DNA of 56,508 nt from positions 1-56,508 of IMG/VR virus record IMGVR_UViG_3300042402_005492, one strand, 5' to 3'. Of this stretch, positions 37,485 through 46,952 are shown in pieces. The first letter of the stretch is position 1; each line of letters begins with the position of its first letter. This DNA is from a virus. Taxonomy: Duplodnaviria; Caudoviricetes. A program made the position numbers and the translations under genes. The notes beneath the pieces are model-generated. The model was not told the DNA's origin. It did not search any database and was given only the letters and a program-made list of their open reading frames with translations.

Positions 37485-39875
37485 ATGATAACAAACGAAG
37501 ATTTAACAATTTTAGAAAGATACCAGAGGCAAATTAACCGACTTAGGGCGGAAGAAGCGGTTCTGTCTACTCAAAATACGGCACAATCTCAAGCGCAGTT
37601 AGCAGCTGCTCGTGCAAGATTGGATATAGTGAGAAGAGGAGCTCAAATTCAAAGAGAGAGAAACATAGATGAGGCTACTTTTCAAAAAGAGCAACTTTCC
37701 TTTGTACGATCTTTTGCAAAATTAAACAAGGATGTAAGAAAGTTATTAATAGATCAAACTACCCAAAGTTCAGTTTTTGCAAGTATTGGTAAAGATATTG
37801 CTAAAAGTAAAGCAATTCAAAAAAATCTTACAGGAGATGAACTAGCGAGGGAAATTGAAAAAGAGCAATTGATGGTTCAAATAAATGACTCTTACTTACA
37901 ACAAGCTAAATCTTTAGCAAAAACTCAGGCTGAAGCAAAAGGATTAAGTGAATTTGATCAAAGAAGATTGGAATTGCAAGAAAATCGACTGGAGTTAACT
38001 GCGGAAGAATTAGGTAGATTAAAAGCCGCTATAGATTTAGAAGAAAAACTATTTAAAAAAGAAGAACGAACAAAAGCTATACAAGAAGAACAAAAAACTT
38101 TATATGAAGCAGTTCCTGAGTCAATGAGAGGTAGTATTGATTTTGCAAAAAAATTAGGGGATACTTTAAAAACTGCTGGCGCAGGTGCAGTTGCATTTAT
38201 GTTATTAGCGGCTGTTGTAACTTCTATGGTAGCTGCATTTACGGCTTTGGATGCTGCCGCTGAAGATTTTAGAAAAGAGACAGGACTTACAAATAGTCAA
38301 ACTAAGGAAATAACTAAAGATGCAAATGCTATAACTGGAGAATTTAGAAATTTAGGTGTTGAAGCAAAAGATGTATTTGATACTGTATCCGCATTAAAAA
38401 CTGAGTTTGGTGATATATATAATACTTCTAGAGAAACAACTGCCGCTTTAAGTGTATTGAGTGCAAACTTTGGAGTAGCTGCAAAAGATGCAGCAAAAGT
38501 TCAAGGGGTTTATGAAAGAATGGGAGGTGTATCAGCAGAAACCGCTGCAAATCTTCAAATGCAAGCTGCCGAAATGGCTAATATGGCAGGGGTTGCTCCT
38601 GCTAAAGTTGCGGAAGATATTGCGGAAGCGGCAGAGGAGTCCTATAAGTTTTTCAAAGGTGATGTAAACGCACTAACTGCAGCCGCAATTCAAGCTAGAA
38701 GGTTGGGTACTAATCTTAAAGATGTATTAGAGACTAACCGAAAACTTTTAGATTTTGAAGGTGGTATTGAAGATGAGTTAGTAGCAGCAACTTTTGCTGG
38801 TGGACAATTTAATCTAACACAGGCTAGAACACTAGCTGCGTCTGGAAAGCAAGTTGAGGCACAAGAGGAGATATTAAAACAAATCCAACGAAGTGGTGAT
38901 TTTAGAAAACAAGACTTATTTACCCAAGAAGCTCTTGCAAAAGGTGCCGGAATGGAAGTTGGTGAAATTATTAAACAATTAGATGCTCAAGAAAAATTAG
39001 CTACATTGAGTGATGAAGAGCGAACAAAAGCAGAAGAGGCAATTAGGCAAGGATTGGATATTACAGATATCAATGCAGAACAGTTAGCTCAAAAAACTGA
39101 GGAGTTTGCAAAACAACAAGAAATACAGGGTTCGTTAACAAATGTAAAAAATACATTTGATGCTTTAACTGCAAGTCTTGGTACTACACTTTTACCAGTA
39201 ATGCAAGGTCTGGCATCCATATTTGAGTTTATATCATCAAGCACGGCTGGATTAATTGGATTTGTTGGAACATTGGTTATTTTATTTGGTGCACTATACG
39301 CCATTAAATTAAGAACATTCGTATTAGACACACGAGCCGCAATTCTAAAAGCTAGAGAAACGGGTTCTAGTATTATTGGTGCAGTTGCTGAAATTTTCAA
39401 AGGACAAGGAAAGATTCCAGTAATAGGTGCTGTAATAGCAGCAGCTATGATAGGTGCTTTGTTTGCCGCAATTAGTAAAGCGTCTAGTGTAAAAACTGCT
39501 GCAGACGTTTCATCTCCAGCTGATGGTAAAACTATAATATCTACAAAAGAAGGTGGGTTATTTGAATTATCACCGAATGATGATTTAGTAGCAGCTCCTG
39601 GAGCAGCATCCGCTTTAGCTAATGCAAGTAATGGAACAGGTGCAACTGCCAATGATGATGGTGATGGAAGAGGTAGAGGAAGAAATGTAAATGTAAACAA
39701 CCTATCACAATTAGCAGCACCATTACAAGCTATGATAAACGAAATAAAAGGTTTGAGAGCGGATATGGCAAGTGGTAAAATAGGAGTATATATGGATACT
39801 TCAAAGGTTACTTCTACTATCGGAAAAAAAGTTGACTCTGCTACAAGAAACAACTATAGTTTAGGACAGGCTTAA
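37485..39875 (+). CDS. Tape measure protein
   Basis: 796 aa, Ala/Glu/Lys-rich and helical with hydrophobic segments; canonical position after tube and chaperone. Confidence 0.8.
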   Translation: MITNEDLTILERYQRQINRLRAEEAVLSTQNTAQSQAQLAAARARLDIVRRGAQIQRERNIDEATFQKEQLSFVRSFAKLNKDVRKLLIDQTTQSSVFASIGKDIAKSKAIQKNLTGDELAREIEKEQLMVQINDSYLQQAKSLAKTQAEAKGLSEFDQRRLELQENRLELTAEELGRLKAAIDLEEKLFKKEERTKAIQEEQKTLYEAVPESMRGSIDFAKKLGDTLKTAGAGAVAFMLLAAVVTSMVAAFTALDAAAEDFRKETGLTNSQTKEITKDANAITGEFRNLGVEAKDVFDTVSALKTEFGDIYNTSRETTAALSVLSANFGVAAKDAAKVQGVYERMGGVSAETAANLQMQAAEMANMAGVAPAKVAEDIAEAAEESYKFFKGDVNALTAAAIQARRLGTNLKDVLETNRKLLDFEGGIEDELVAATFAGGQFNLTQARTLAASGKQVEAQEEILKQIQRSGDFRKQDLFTQEALAKGAGMEVGEIIKQLDAQEKLATLSDEERTKAEEAIRQGLDITDINAEQLAQKTEEFAKQQEIQGSLTNVKNTFDALTASLGTTLLPVMQGLASIFEFISSSTAGLIGFVGTLVILFGALYAIKLRTFVLDTRAAILKARETGSSIIGAVAEIFKGQGKIPVIGAVIAAAMIGALFAAISKASSVKTAADVSSPADGKTIISTKEGGLFELSPNDDLVAAPGAASALANASNGTGATANDDGDGRGRGRNVNVNNLSQLAAPLQAMINEIKGLRADMASGKIGVYMDTSKVTSTIGKKVDSATRNNYSLGQA

Positions 39876-39887
39876 TAAATAAATAAT

Positions 39888-41981
39888 ATGCCATCATTAA
39901 AGGATCTTTTTAGAACACAAAAATTACCAACTCAAGATAATAAAGTTGGGGCAGAGGTATATGATATACGAAATAGTAAGGATATCCGAATTACTACTGC
40001 AAATGGTATATTAAACGCTACCATATTTCCCCTTGTGCAAAAAACATTAAGAAGTAGTGGATTACTAACTGCAAGAACCAAAGAAAACCTAGTAGAGTCT
40101 GAATTGGTAGGATTAAGAGCAATTAGGGGGTTATCATCGCCTGTAATTTATGGAACTAGTTTAATACGATTTAAGAGAAAAACTACTAATGCGGTTGAAG
40201 TAATGAAAAACGCAACTGCAGGGGGTAGTGAAGGTACTAACTTTGTTTTAGGTAGTACGGTTGCTAAACTTCAAGGTAAGGCATTAGAACTTGCATCTAA
40301 AATAGGAATACAATTTCCAGAAAATTTAATACCAACTAAAATATCCGAAAAATCTGAGTTTGCTAATAAAAAAGTACAGAATACTATGGTAGTATTGAAG
40401 AACTTAAAAGAAGGTTCTGAAGGAAACTTAGTTGGTAAATTATTAGCATCAACTGTACAGGGTACGCCAAACCAAATCGGAAGACAGGTATTGGGTACTG
40501 CAATAAGTTTGGCTAGAGATGAGATTAGAAGAAGTTTAACTTCATCATTTACCTTACCATCAGCACCATCTATTGGAAATCTTGATCCAACAACTGAACA
40601 AACTATTAGATTGAGAAACTATACCCCAAAACCATACGATAATCTAAACGATAGATACAGTAAAAAAGTTTCCAGAAGAGGAAATATAGCGTTTGATGGA
40701 TTGAGTGGAATACTAACCGGATTGCAAGGTAATAGAACTGCATATACAGATTTTATTTCTCAAAAAAATCAATTTGATTTATCAAATTTTGCAGATCCTA
40801 GAAAGGCTGCTATACCTGAAAAAGGTGGTTTTAGTTCTGTTATTGCTTTTGCTGAAGATCCTGAACAGGCGCTTAATGATTTTATTGGTAAAACAATTAA
40901 AAATGCTACAACTCCTATTAATATAACTAATAATATACCTGCTAGACCTACCGCTAAAAGATATAGCAAAGGAGGACTGGTAACTGGAAGAGCTAATCAC
41001 ACTTTAGAAGGTAAATTAGGAATTAGAAATGGTAGTGATACATTAAATCAATCTGCTACTTGGTATAGTGTAGATGGTACACCTCCACCACTTGGTAATG
41101 ATAAAACATTAGATGATTTTGATTTAATACCTTTTCGTTTTTGGTCGATATCAAAAAAGACTGGAGTTCATTTTAGAGCAACTATAAGTGGATTGAGTGA
41201 AACTGTTTCTCCATCTTGGAATTCATCTAAATTTATAGGTAATCCATATAATTTTTATACATACGAAGGTGTTGAGAGGAGTGTTTCGTTTACTTTCAAA
41301 TTATATGCATTAAACGGTGAAGAGCTAAAGCGAATGTGGGAAAAATTATCGTTTCTAAACACATTTGCGTATCCACAACAATATGCGGATCCGTATGTAA
41401 CACCTCCTTTTATGAAGTTTACATTAGGTAATATGTATAAGGATAAAGAAGGTTTTATTGAGTCATTAACTTTTACAGTTGATGATACTACACCTTGGGA
41501 AACTGGAATACCTCATATTAATAGTAGTGGATTACCATATTTGGATGACTCATTAGTTGATTATAAATTACCAACTATTATAGAAGTACAAATGACAATT
41601 AAATTTGTTGAGTCTCAAAGTACATATTGGGGATCTGTATCTGGATCACTTACTCCAAAAAGAGTTTATTATTATGGAGTGGATAGATCAATACAAACTA
41701 AAAGTGAAATTGATGGTAATATGCTTCCTGATGGTTCAACTCCAGGAGGATTGGAAATCCCAGAAGTACGTGAGCGAAGAATAGCAGCAGCATCCGCGCC
41801 TGATACAGGTCCAAGTAAGGAAGTTATTGATAACGCCAGAAAACAATTAATGATTGGTGATAGGCAAATTGAATTACCAACTGGAATGTCTGGTATACAA
41901 ATGCCTGTGCAACAACAAAAATTAGCAGCTAAAAAAGCTGGTGGTCTTGGTTTTGTTAAAAAACTTTTTGGTGGAAAATAA
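39888..41981 (+). CDS. Baseplate / tube-initiator protein (gp48/gp54-like C-terminal domain)
   Basis: FRATISGLSE..SPSW......G....FYTY.G.ERSVSFTF.L ... PPF..FTLGNMY....GFIESL motifs; follows the tape measure gene. Confidence 0.6.
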   Translation: MPSLKDLFRTQKLPTQDNKVGAEVYDIRNSKDIRITTANGILNATIFPLVQKTLRSSGLLTARTKENLVESELVGLRAIRGLSSPVIYGTSLIRFKRKTTNAVEVMKNATAGGSEGTNFVLGSTVAKLQGKALELASKIGIQFPENLIPTKISEKSEFANKKVQNTMVVLKNLKEGSEGNLVGKLLASTVQGTPNQIGRQVLGTAISLARDEIRRSLTSSFTLPSAPSIGNLDPTTEQTIRLRNYTPKPYDNLNDRYSKKVSRRGNIAFDGLSGILTGLQGNRTAYTDFISQKNQFDLSNFADPRKAAIPEKGGFSSVIAFAEDPEQALNDFIGKTIKNATTPINITNNIPARPTAKRYSKGGLVTGRANHTLEGKLGIRNGSDTLNQSATWYSVDGTPPPLGNDKTLDDFDLIPFRFWSISKKTGVHFRATISGLSETVSPSWNSSKFIGNPYNFYTYEGVERSVSFTFKLYALNGEELKRMWEKLSFLNTFAYPQQYADPYVTPPFMKFTLGNMYKDKEGFIESLTFTVDDTTPWETGIPHINSSGLPYLDDSLVDYKLPTIIEVQMTIKFVESQSTYWGSVSGSLTPKRVYYYGVDRSIQTKSEIDGNMLPDGSTPGGLEIPEVRERRIAAASAPDTGPSKEVIDNARKQLMIGDRQIELPTGMSGIQMPVQQQKLAAKKAGGLGFVKKLFGGK

Positions 41982-42000
41982 ATTATAATTTGTAATATAT

Positions 42001-42297
42001 ATGAGTAATAGTAGGTATCAACGAAGTGCACGTAAAAAATTAATTGATGGTAGAGAAGTATATAGACCAAAAATATATCCAAATATACCATTAAGAGATG
42101 ATGATGTTTATATTGCAACCGAATTGGGTGATAGATTGGATACATTAGCATTTGATTACTATGAAGATGCTACTTTATGGTGGATAATTGCATCTGCAAA
42201 CAACATACATGGTGCTAAATTCGCTTTTGAACCTGGAACCGTATTAAGAATACCTCAAAACTATATTCAAATACTTAGAAATTTTACTGAAGAATAA
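42001..42297 (+). CDS. LysM-like baseplate wedge protein (gp53 / tail-X-like)
   Basis: GDRLD.LA..YY.D..LWWIIA.AN.......G..LRIP. Confidence 0.8.
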   Translation: MSNSRYQRSARKKLIDGREVYRPKIYPNIPLRDDDVYIATELGDRLDTLAFDYYEDATLWWIIASANNIHGAKFAFEPGTVLRIPQNYIQILRNFTEE

Positions 42298-45017
42298 TGT
42301 GGCCAACTATATCAAACATTGATCTAAAAATTGCAAACAAAATTAAGAGCTATGCAAATGATAATCTAGCAGCATCAGGATTGAATGCTTGGGTTAGAGT
42401 ATACTCTGGAGCAATAAATGATAAAGGTCAACCGGGATTAATTTTACAATCAAATACCGATTTTAAAATATTTAGTGCAGCTGGTGAAAAATCTATATAT
42501 GGAAATTCTCAATTATCGGGAACCATTGGAACAGATTGGGATGGAAATCCTGTTGTTAGTGATGTTGGAAGAGTTTTAAGACCATCTCCAATAATAACTA
42601 CATTAAATTCCAAAGAAGGTCAGGATCAAATATCAAGAACTTGTGACTTTAGTATAACTTGTTTTTCATTAGAACAATTAGAATTAATACAAACTTATTT
42701 TATGGAACCTGGATATTCAGTTGGTGTTGAATGGGGATGGAATACTGGAGAGAGTGCTAAGGGGTTGATAAATACAGGCACTAAACAAAATGGAATACTC
42801 AACGCTATAGCAGATGTGACATTAAATAATGAACAACTTAGTTCAAAGCGTATATTTACTAGTGGTGAATATGATATATTTTTAGGATTTATAGTTGGCT
42901 CTACAGTTACTAGTGACGGTGAAAATTTTAAAGTTGATGTAAGATTAAGAGGAGCACCCTCATTACCCACGTATTTACAATCTCAAAACAGAATAACTAT
43001 AAAATCTGCAGGAACAGAACCTGATCCTGACAAATCTAAAGCCCTTTATCCTGAAAACGAACTTACTAGTGATGCTAATACCGAAGAAGAAGCTAAAAAG
43101 AGAAGGTTTAAATATATGTTTAACGAACTACCTGCTTTTAGACAAACTGAAAGTGTTAAAAAACTAATCGATAAAGCTAAAGCGATTGATTTTATAAATT
43201 TTGATAGAGTTATTCAAGCGAGAATTGATGAATTTTTAGCATCACAAACTGTGGACTCGGGAGAAGAGGAGGCTGCTCTAACCGGAGGTGAAGCTGTACC
43301 AGTGGTATCAGTGACTTTATCAGATGTTGGTGAAATTGAGGTGCCAAGAGAAAAATTATTCTCAACAAATAGATACCTTAGATTTGAATTGGCAATTGCT
43401 ATATTAAACGAAATAGGTACGGTTGATAAATATGAGTTTGGTGGAAAATCCGTGTCTTTTAAAATAAACATTGACACTACTGTAATAGGAGCGTTTCCTT
43501 ATATGTTTTCAACTAAAAAATCCAAACTACTTATTCCTGGAGCAGTTCCTGATTTTAAAAACACATATTTTTTATCTTCGGAAGAAATAGAGCAAAGGCA
43601 AAATGGATTATTAAATAACTATAATATCGTAAAAGCTGCCAATTTTGTAGCGTTTGTTGAACAATTTAATGCTTTGAACGATTTTGGATTAAAGGAAAAA
43701 AAAGGATACTATGGATATTTAAAAAATCTGTATGTAAATTTTGATATGTTCAAAGCCAAAATTGAACAAAAAAATAAAAACATAAGAGAAATACTTGAAG
43801 ATATTTTAAATGAAATGTCATCGGCAGTTAACTCATTTTGGAATTTTCAAATAGTAGAAGGAGAAATTAGAAAAACTGCGGAAGGAAGAGCAGCTGATTT
43901 TAGAAGAAACGCTCCAGGTGTTGCCGCTCCAGTGGCCACTAATACAGGTACATTTAATCCGCGTGGGGGATATATTGTGGGTGCAGGAGCTACTAATGTT
44001 GTAGCAGAATCGGATAGTAGTACATTCAGTGCCACTGGAGTAGAAAATGATATTGTGATAACGGTTGTAGATGAAAACTGGATTGGTGAAAATCCTGATC
44101 CAGGTGGACTTATAACATTTAATCATACTGGAGTAGGTTCTCCATTTTTAAACGCAACATTGGATATATCTATACCTGCTGAACTTGGTGCAAAAATTAT
44201 TAACACTAGATTGGGTGCTGTCAGTCAAACAGACGTTAGAGATGTAAGAATAACTAAAGATACTTTGTTTAATTCGGAAACAGATTTATTCTTAAAAAAA
44301 GTTCAACCACCTGTTTCTGGTTCTGATTCTGATAAAGATACAAACACAGACTTAAATGAAGATGAGCAAGTTACTGAAAATATAAAACAAATAGCAGAAC
44401 AGGAAGCGAAAATTGATAAATCTAAAACTGTAGATAGTACCCGTACAGAAAGTTCTGTGAATGGAGCAATACTTGTACGTCCTGTCCAAACTTTTTATGA
44501 TAAGGATGGTAACGTAATTAAAGTCACTGTAGATGGGGTTACTGAATACTACGCACAACTAAGATTAACTCAAGAACAGATTAGGGCAGCCGCTACTCAA
44601 GAAACTCAAATTAAAGTAGATCGTGTGACAACAAATTTGGAAAAGATAGATGTAGTTGCTAAACCAACTATATATACACTTTCAAATATGGCATTTCAAA
44701 CGGACTCTGGAGTAAAAGGTGGAGTTAAGGCATATTTTATGGTATATTGTTTAGATGATACTGATTTTCTTGAAAAAATGAAAACTTATTATTTTGAAGC
44801 AAAAGGAACTGGAGCATTATCTCAACCGTTACCAATAAAATATTCATTTACAATATTAGGAAATAGTGGAATACGAAGAGGTGATACCTTTAAAATAGAT
44901 GGTATTCCTAGAAAATACGCAGAAAAAGGAGTATTTCAAGTAACTGGAATAGAACATTCACTATCAGGTATGAGATGGGAAACTACAGTTGAAGGATTAT
45001 ATAGACAAATAGAATAA
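42297..45017 (+). CDS. Baseplate hub protein (gp27 / VgrG-like position)
   Basis: 906 aa; PG.SV..EWGW and C-terminal FTI.G.SGI..GD.F.ID..P..Y....FQVT.IEH......WETT; follows the LysM gene. Confidence 0.6.
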   Translation: MWPTISNIDLKIANKIKSYANDNLAASGLNAWVRVYSGAINDKGQPGLILQSNTDFKIFSAAGEKSIYGNSQLSGTIGTDWDGNPVVSDVGRVLRPSPIITTLNSKEGQDQISRTCDFSITCFSLEQLELIQTYFMEPGYSVGVEWGWNTGESAKGLINTGTKQNGILNAIADVTLNNEQLSSKRIFTSGEYDIFLGFIVGSTVTSDGENFKVDVRLRGAPSLPTYLQSQNRITIKSAGTEPDPDKSKALYPENELTSDANTEEEAKKRRFKYMFNELPAFRQTESVKKLIDKAKAIDFINFDRVIQARIDEFLASQTVDSGEEEAALTGGEAVPVVSVTLSDVGEIEVPREKLFSTNRYLRFELAIAILNEIGTVDKYEFGGKSVSFKINIDTTVIGAFPYMFSTKKSKLLIPGAVPDFKNTYFLSSEEIEQRQNGLLNNYNIVKAANFVAFVEQFNALNDFGLKEKKGYYGYLKNLYVNFDMFKAKIEQKNKNIREILEDILNEMSSAVNSFWNFQIVEGEIRKTAEGRAADFRRNAPGVAAPVATNTGTFNPRGGYIVGAGATNVVAESDSSTFSATGVENDIVITVVDENWIGENPDPGGLITFNHTGVGSPFLNATLDISIPAELGAKIINTRLGAVSQTDVRDVRITKDTLFNSETDLFLKKVQPPVSGSDSDKDTNTDLNEDEQVTENIKQIAEQEAKIDKSKTVDSTRTESSVNGAILVRPVQTFYDKDGNVIKVTVDGVTEYYAQLRLTQEQIRAAATQETQIKVDRVTTNLEKIDVVAKPTIYTLSNMAFQTDSGVKGGVKAYFMVYCLDDTDFLEKMKTYYFEAKGTGALSQPLPIKYSFTILGNSGIRRGDTFKIDGIPRKYAEKGVFQVTGIEHSLSGMRWETTVEGLYRQIE

Positions 45018-45024
45018 AAATATT

Positions 45025-45393
45025 ATGGCAATAAATATTCTCAGATATAATAAAATTTTGGAAAATGATGTAAAGGACTTTACTATTCGTAAAATACGGA
45101 CATCTGCCCTATTACCAACTGAAGATGATTACAAAATAGGATATATTCAACGATACTTTATTCAAAAAAGAAACGATGAGGGATCTTACATATATGAAGT
45201 GACGAAACAATATTTTGGCAATATATTAGATAACCCATTTTTTAAAGGGGTAACACTAAAATGGAAAATATCAGGAAATAGAGAGGAAGTTAGAGAGATG
45301 AACCGAAAATCTGTAAGTTATTCATCTAAGGATATGAAAACACTTTCATTGTATCTACCAAATCATTTACAATTTCATAAAGAAAGAGTATAA
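45025..45393 (+). CDS. Hypothetical protein (baseplate region)
   Basis: 122 aa; PT..DY..GYI.RYF....N motif; co-transcribed. Confidence 0.6.
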   Translation: MAINILRYNKILENDVKDFTIRKIRTSALLPTEDDYKIGYIQRYFIQKRNDEGSYIYEVTKQYFGNILDNPFFKGVTLKWKISGNREEVREMNRKSVSYSSKDMKTLSLYLPNHLQFHKERV

Positions 45394-45416
45394 AATAAGT
45401 TTTGAAAAAAAAGGTT

Positions 45417-45425
45417 ATATTTATT
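45417..45425 (+). promoter_or_regulatory. Putative late promoter motif ATATTTATT
   Basis: 24 nt before the small basic ORF at 45450. Confidence 0.55.
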
Positions 45426-45449
45426 CAAAAATAAACTCAAATAAAGTAT

Positions 45450-45581
45450 ATGGCAAAAGGTGGTAAGGGTGCTGTTGCATCTCAAAAGATTTCGTTTGGT
45501 AAGAAAAGAACTGGAGTAGCTAAAAAGTCCTACTCAAAATACGAAGAAAAACCAAAAAAATATAGAGGACAGGGTAGATAA
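45450..45581 (+). CDS. 43-aa highly basic protein, missing from the ORF track
   Basis: MAKGGKGAVASQKISFGKKRTGVAKKSYSKYEEKPKKYRGQGR*; has its own promoter motif and fills the intergenic gap. Confidence 0.75.
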   Translation: MAKGGKGAVASQKISFGKKRTGVAKKSYSKYEEKPKKYRGQGR

Positions 45582-45585
45582 ATAA

Positions 45586-45617
45586 TTTGGAATTGTGGAA
45601 TTTTTTTATTACCTTTG
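45586..45617 (+). promoter_or_regulatory. Bacteroidota sigma-A type promoter
   Basis: TTTG (45586) - 20 nt - TACCTTTG (45610). Confidence 0.75.
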
Positions 45618-45622
45618 TATAA

Positions 45623-46912
45623 ATGAATGTAGTAGAGACAGCTTCCGAACTAAAAGAATTAAAGGAGTATATTAGTGGTAAATCCTCATATTGGTTTCCG
45701 ATGTGGGTTGATTTTGATCTACACCCACTAAACAACCAATTATCCTTTATTTTCATCCGATGTGACGAGCGAGAATATATTCTACCACACAATCATATAG
45801 ATACTCTCTCAATAGATTTGGAGGGTATATACGATGTTCTTTTAACAAAAGGGTATAAATGGGTGTTTGGATGTAAGAAGTTCTTAAACACTCTTAAAAC
45901 CCCTAATTTGGAATTATACGATATTGATACCGCTTGGTTCTTAAAAACATCCCAAACGATAGATTATCGTACTCCATTCGAAGGTTTATTGCATGGTTGG
46001 AAAACCAAAGGATATTATGATAATCTCATACAATCCATCCCAATTCTAAAATTATGTGAAGTAATACAAACTATAATTCCAAAATATACCGATTTGGACG
46101 ATAGTGATTATAACTTCTATTGGTACAACCTAACATATATCCCCCTCCTTTCAGAAATTGAGAAATGTGGGGTTCGAGTCGATGGGAAAAAATTTACAGA
46201 TAGATGGTCTCACTCCCAAAAACACATTTCCTCCACTAACCGAGTCTTCACCGAATACAATCCATTCACAATTACGGGTAGACCTTCCAACCGATTTGGG
46301 GGTATCAACTTTGCAGCCCTTAACAAAACCGATGGGAGTAGAGAATGTTTCGTATCTGATGGGATATTCCTACAAATGGATTACGATGCGTACCACCCTC
46401 GTCTTATCGGTAAGTTGATTGGATACGAACTCCCTAAAACCTCCGTTCACCGATGGTTGAGTGAGCAATACGGAACAACATACGAAGAGGGTAAAGGGGT
46501 AACATTCCAACTCCTCTATGGGGGAATACCTGATGAGTTTTTGCAAATCCCATACTTTAAGAGTGTAGATGAGTACATTAAAGATTTGTGGGTAAAAGTA
46601 CAAAGGGATGGGTATTTAACCACATTAAAAAGAAGGATACCTCTGAGTTGGATAGAAGGAGCAAACCCACAAAAGGTGTTCAACTACTTATTACAGGCAG
46701 TAGAAACAGAACTCAATGTGGATAAGATTGGTAAGATATTGGATTATATAAAGGGTAGTGGAATAACTTTTTGTTTATATACCTATGACTCGTTCCTTTT
46801 TGATGTACCTATAGATGTGGATACTGATACGATAGTAAAACTCAAAGGGATTGTAGAAGGGGGTGGATTTCCGATAAAAGCGAGTTGGGGTGAAAATTAT
46901 GGAAACCTATAA
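45623..46912 (+). CDS. Compact family A DNA polymerase-like protein (degenerate exonuclease domain, thumb largely missing)
   Basis: IE..GV.VD, TITGRPSN, motif A DYDAYHPR, motif B K..TFQLLYG, NYLLQ..E, motif C YTYDS. Confidence 0.8.
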   Translation: MNVVETASELKELKEYISGKSSYWFPMWVDFDLHPLNNQLSFIFIRCDEREYILPHNHIDTLSIDLEGIYDVLLTKGYKWVFGCKKFLNTLKTPNLELYDIDTAWFLKTSQTIDYRTPFEGLLHGWKTKGYYDNLIQSIPILKLCEVIQTIIPKYTDLDDSDYNFYWYNLTYIPLLSEIEKCGVRVDGKKFTDRWSHSQKHISSTNRVFTEYNPFTITGRPSNRFGGINFAALNKTDGSRECFVSDGIFLQMDYDAYHPRLIGKLIGYELPKTSVHRWLSEQYGTTYEEGKGVTFQLLYGGIPDEFLQIPYFKSVDEYIKDLWVKVQRDGYLTTLKRRIPLSWIEGANPQKVFNYLLQAVETELNVDKIGKILDYIKGSGITFCLYTYDSFLFDVPIDVDTDTIVKLKGIVEGGGFPIKASWGENYGNL

Positions 46913-46917
46913 ACCCG

Positions 46918-46926
46918 ATATTTATA
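46918..46926 (+). promoter_or_regulatory. Putative late promoter motif ATATTTATA
   Basis: Intergenic, before ATG 46953. Confidence 0.6.
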
Positions 46927-46952
46927 GTATGTAACAAAAACTATACTATAAT

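Noticed and set aside
39089-39853. 254-aa antisense ORF in the tape measure gene
   Set aside because: Mirror of Ala/Gly-rich codons; no recognisable motifs.
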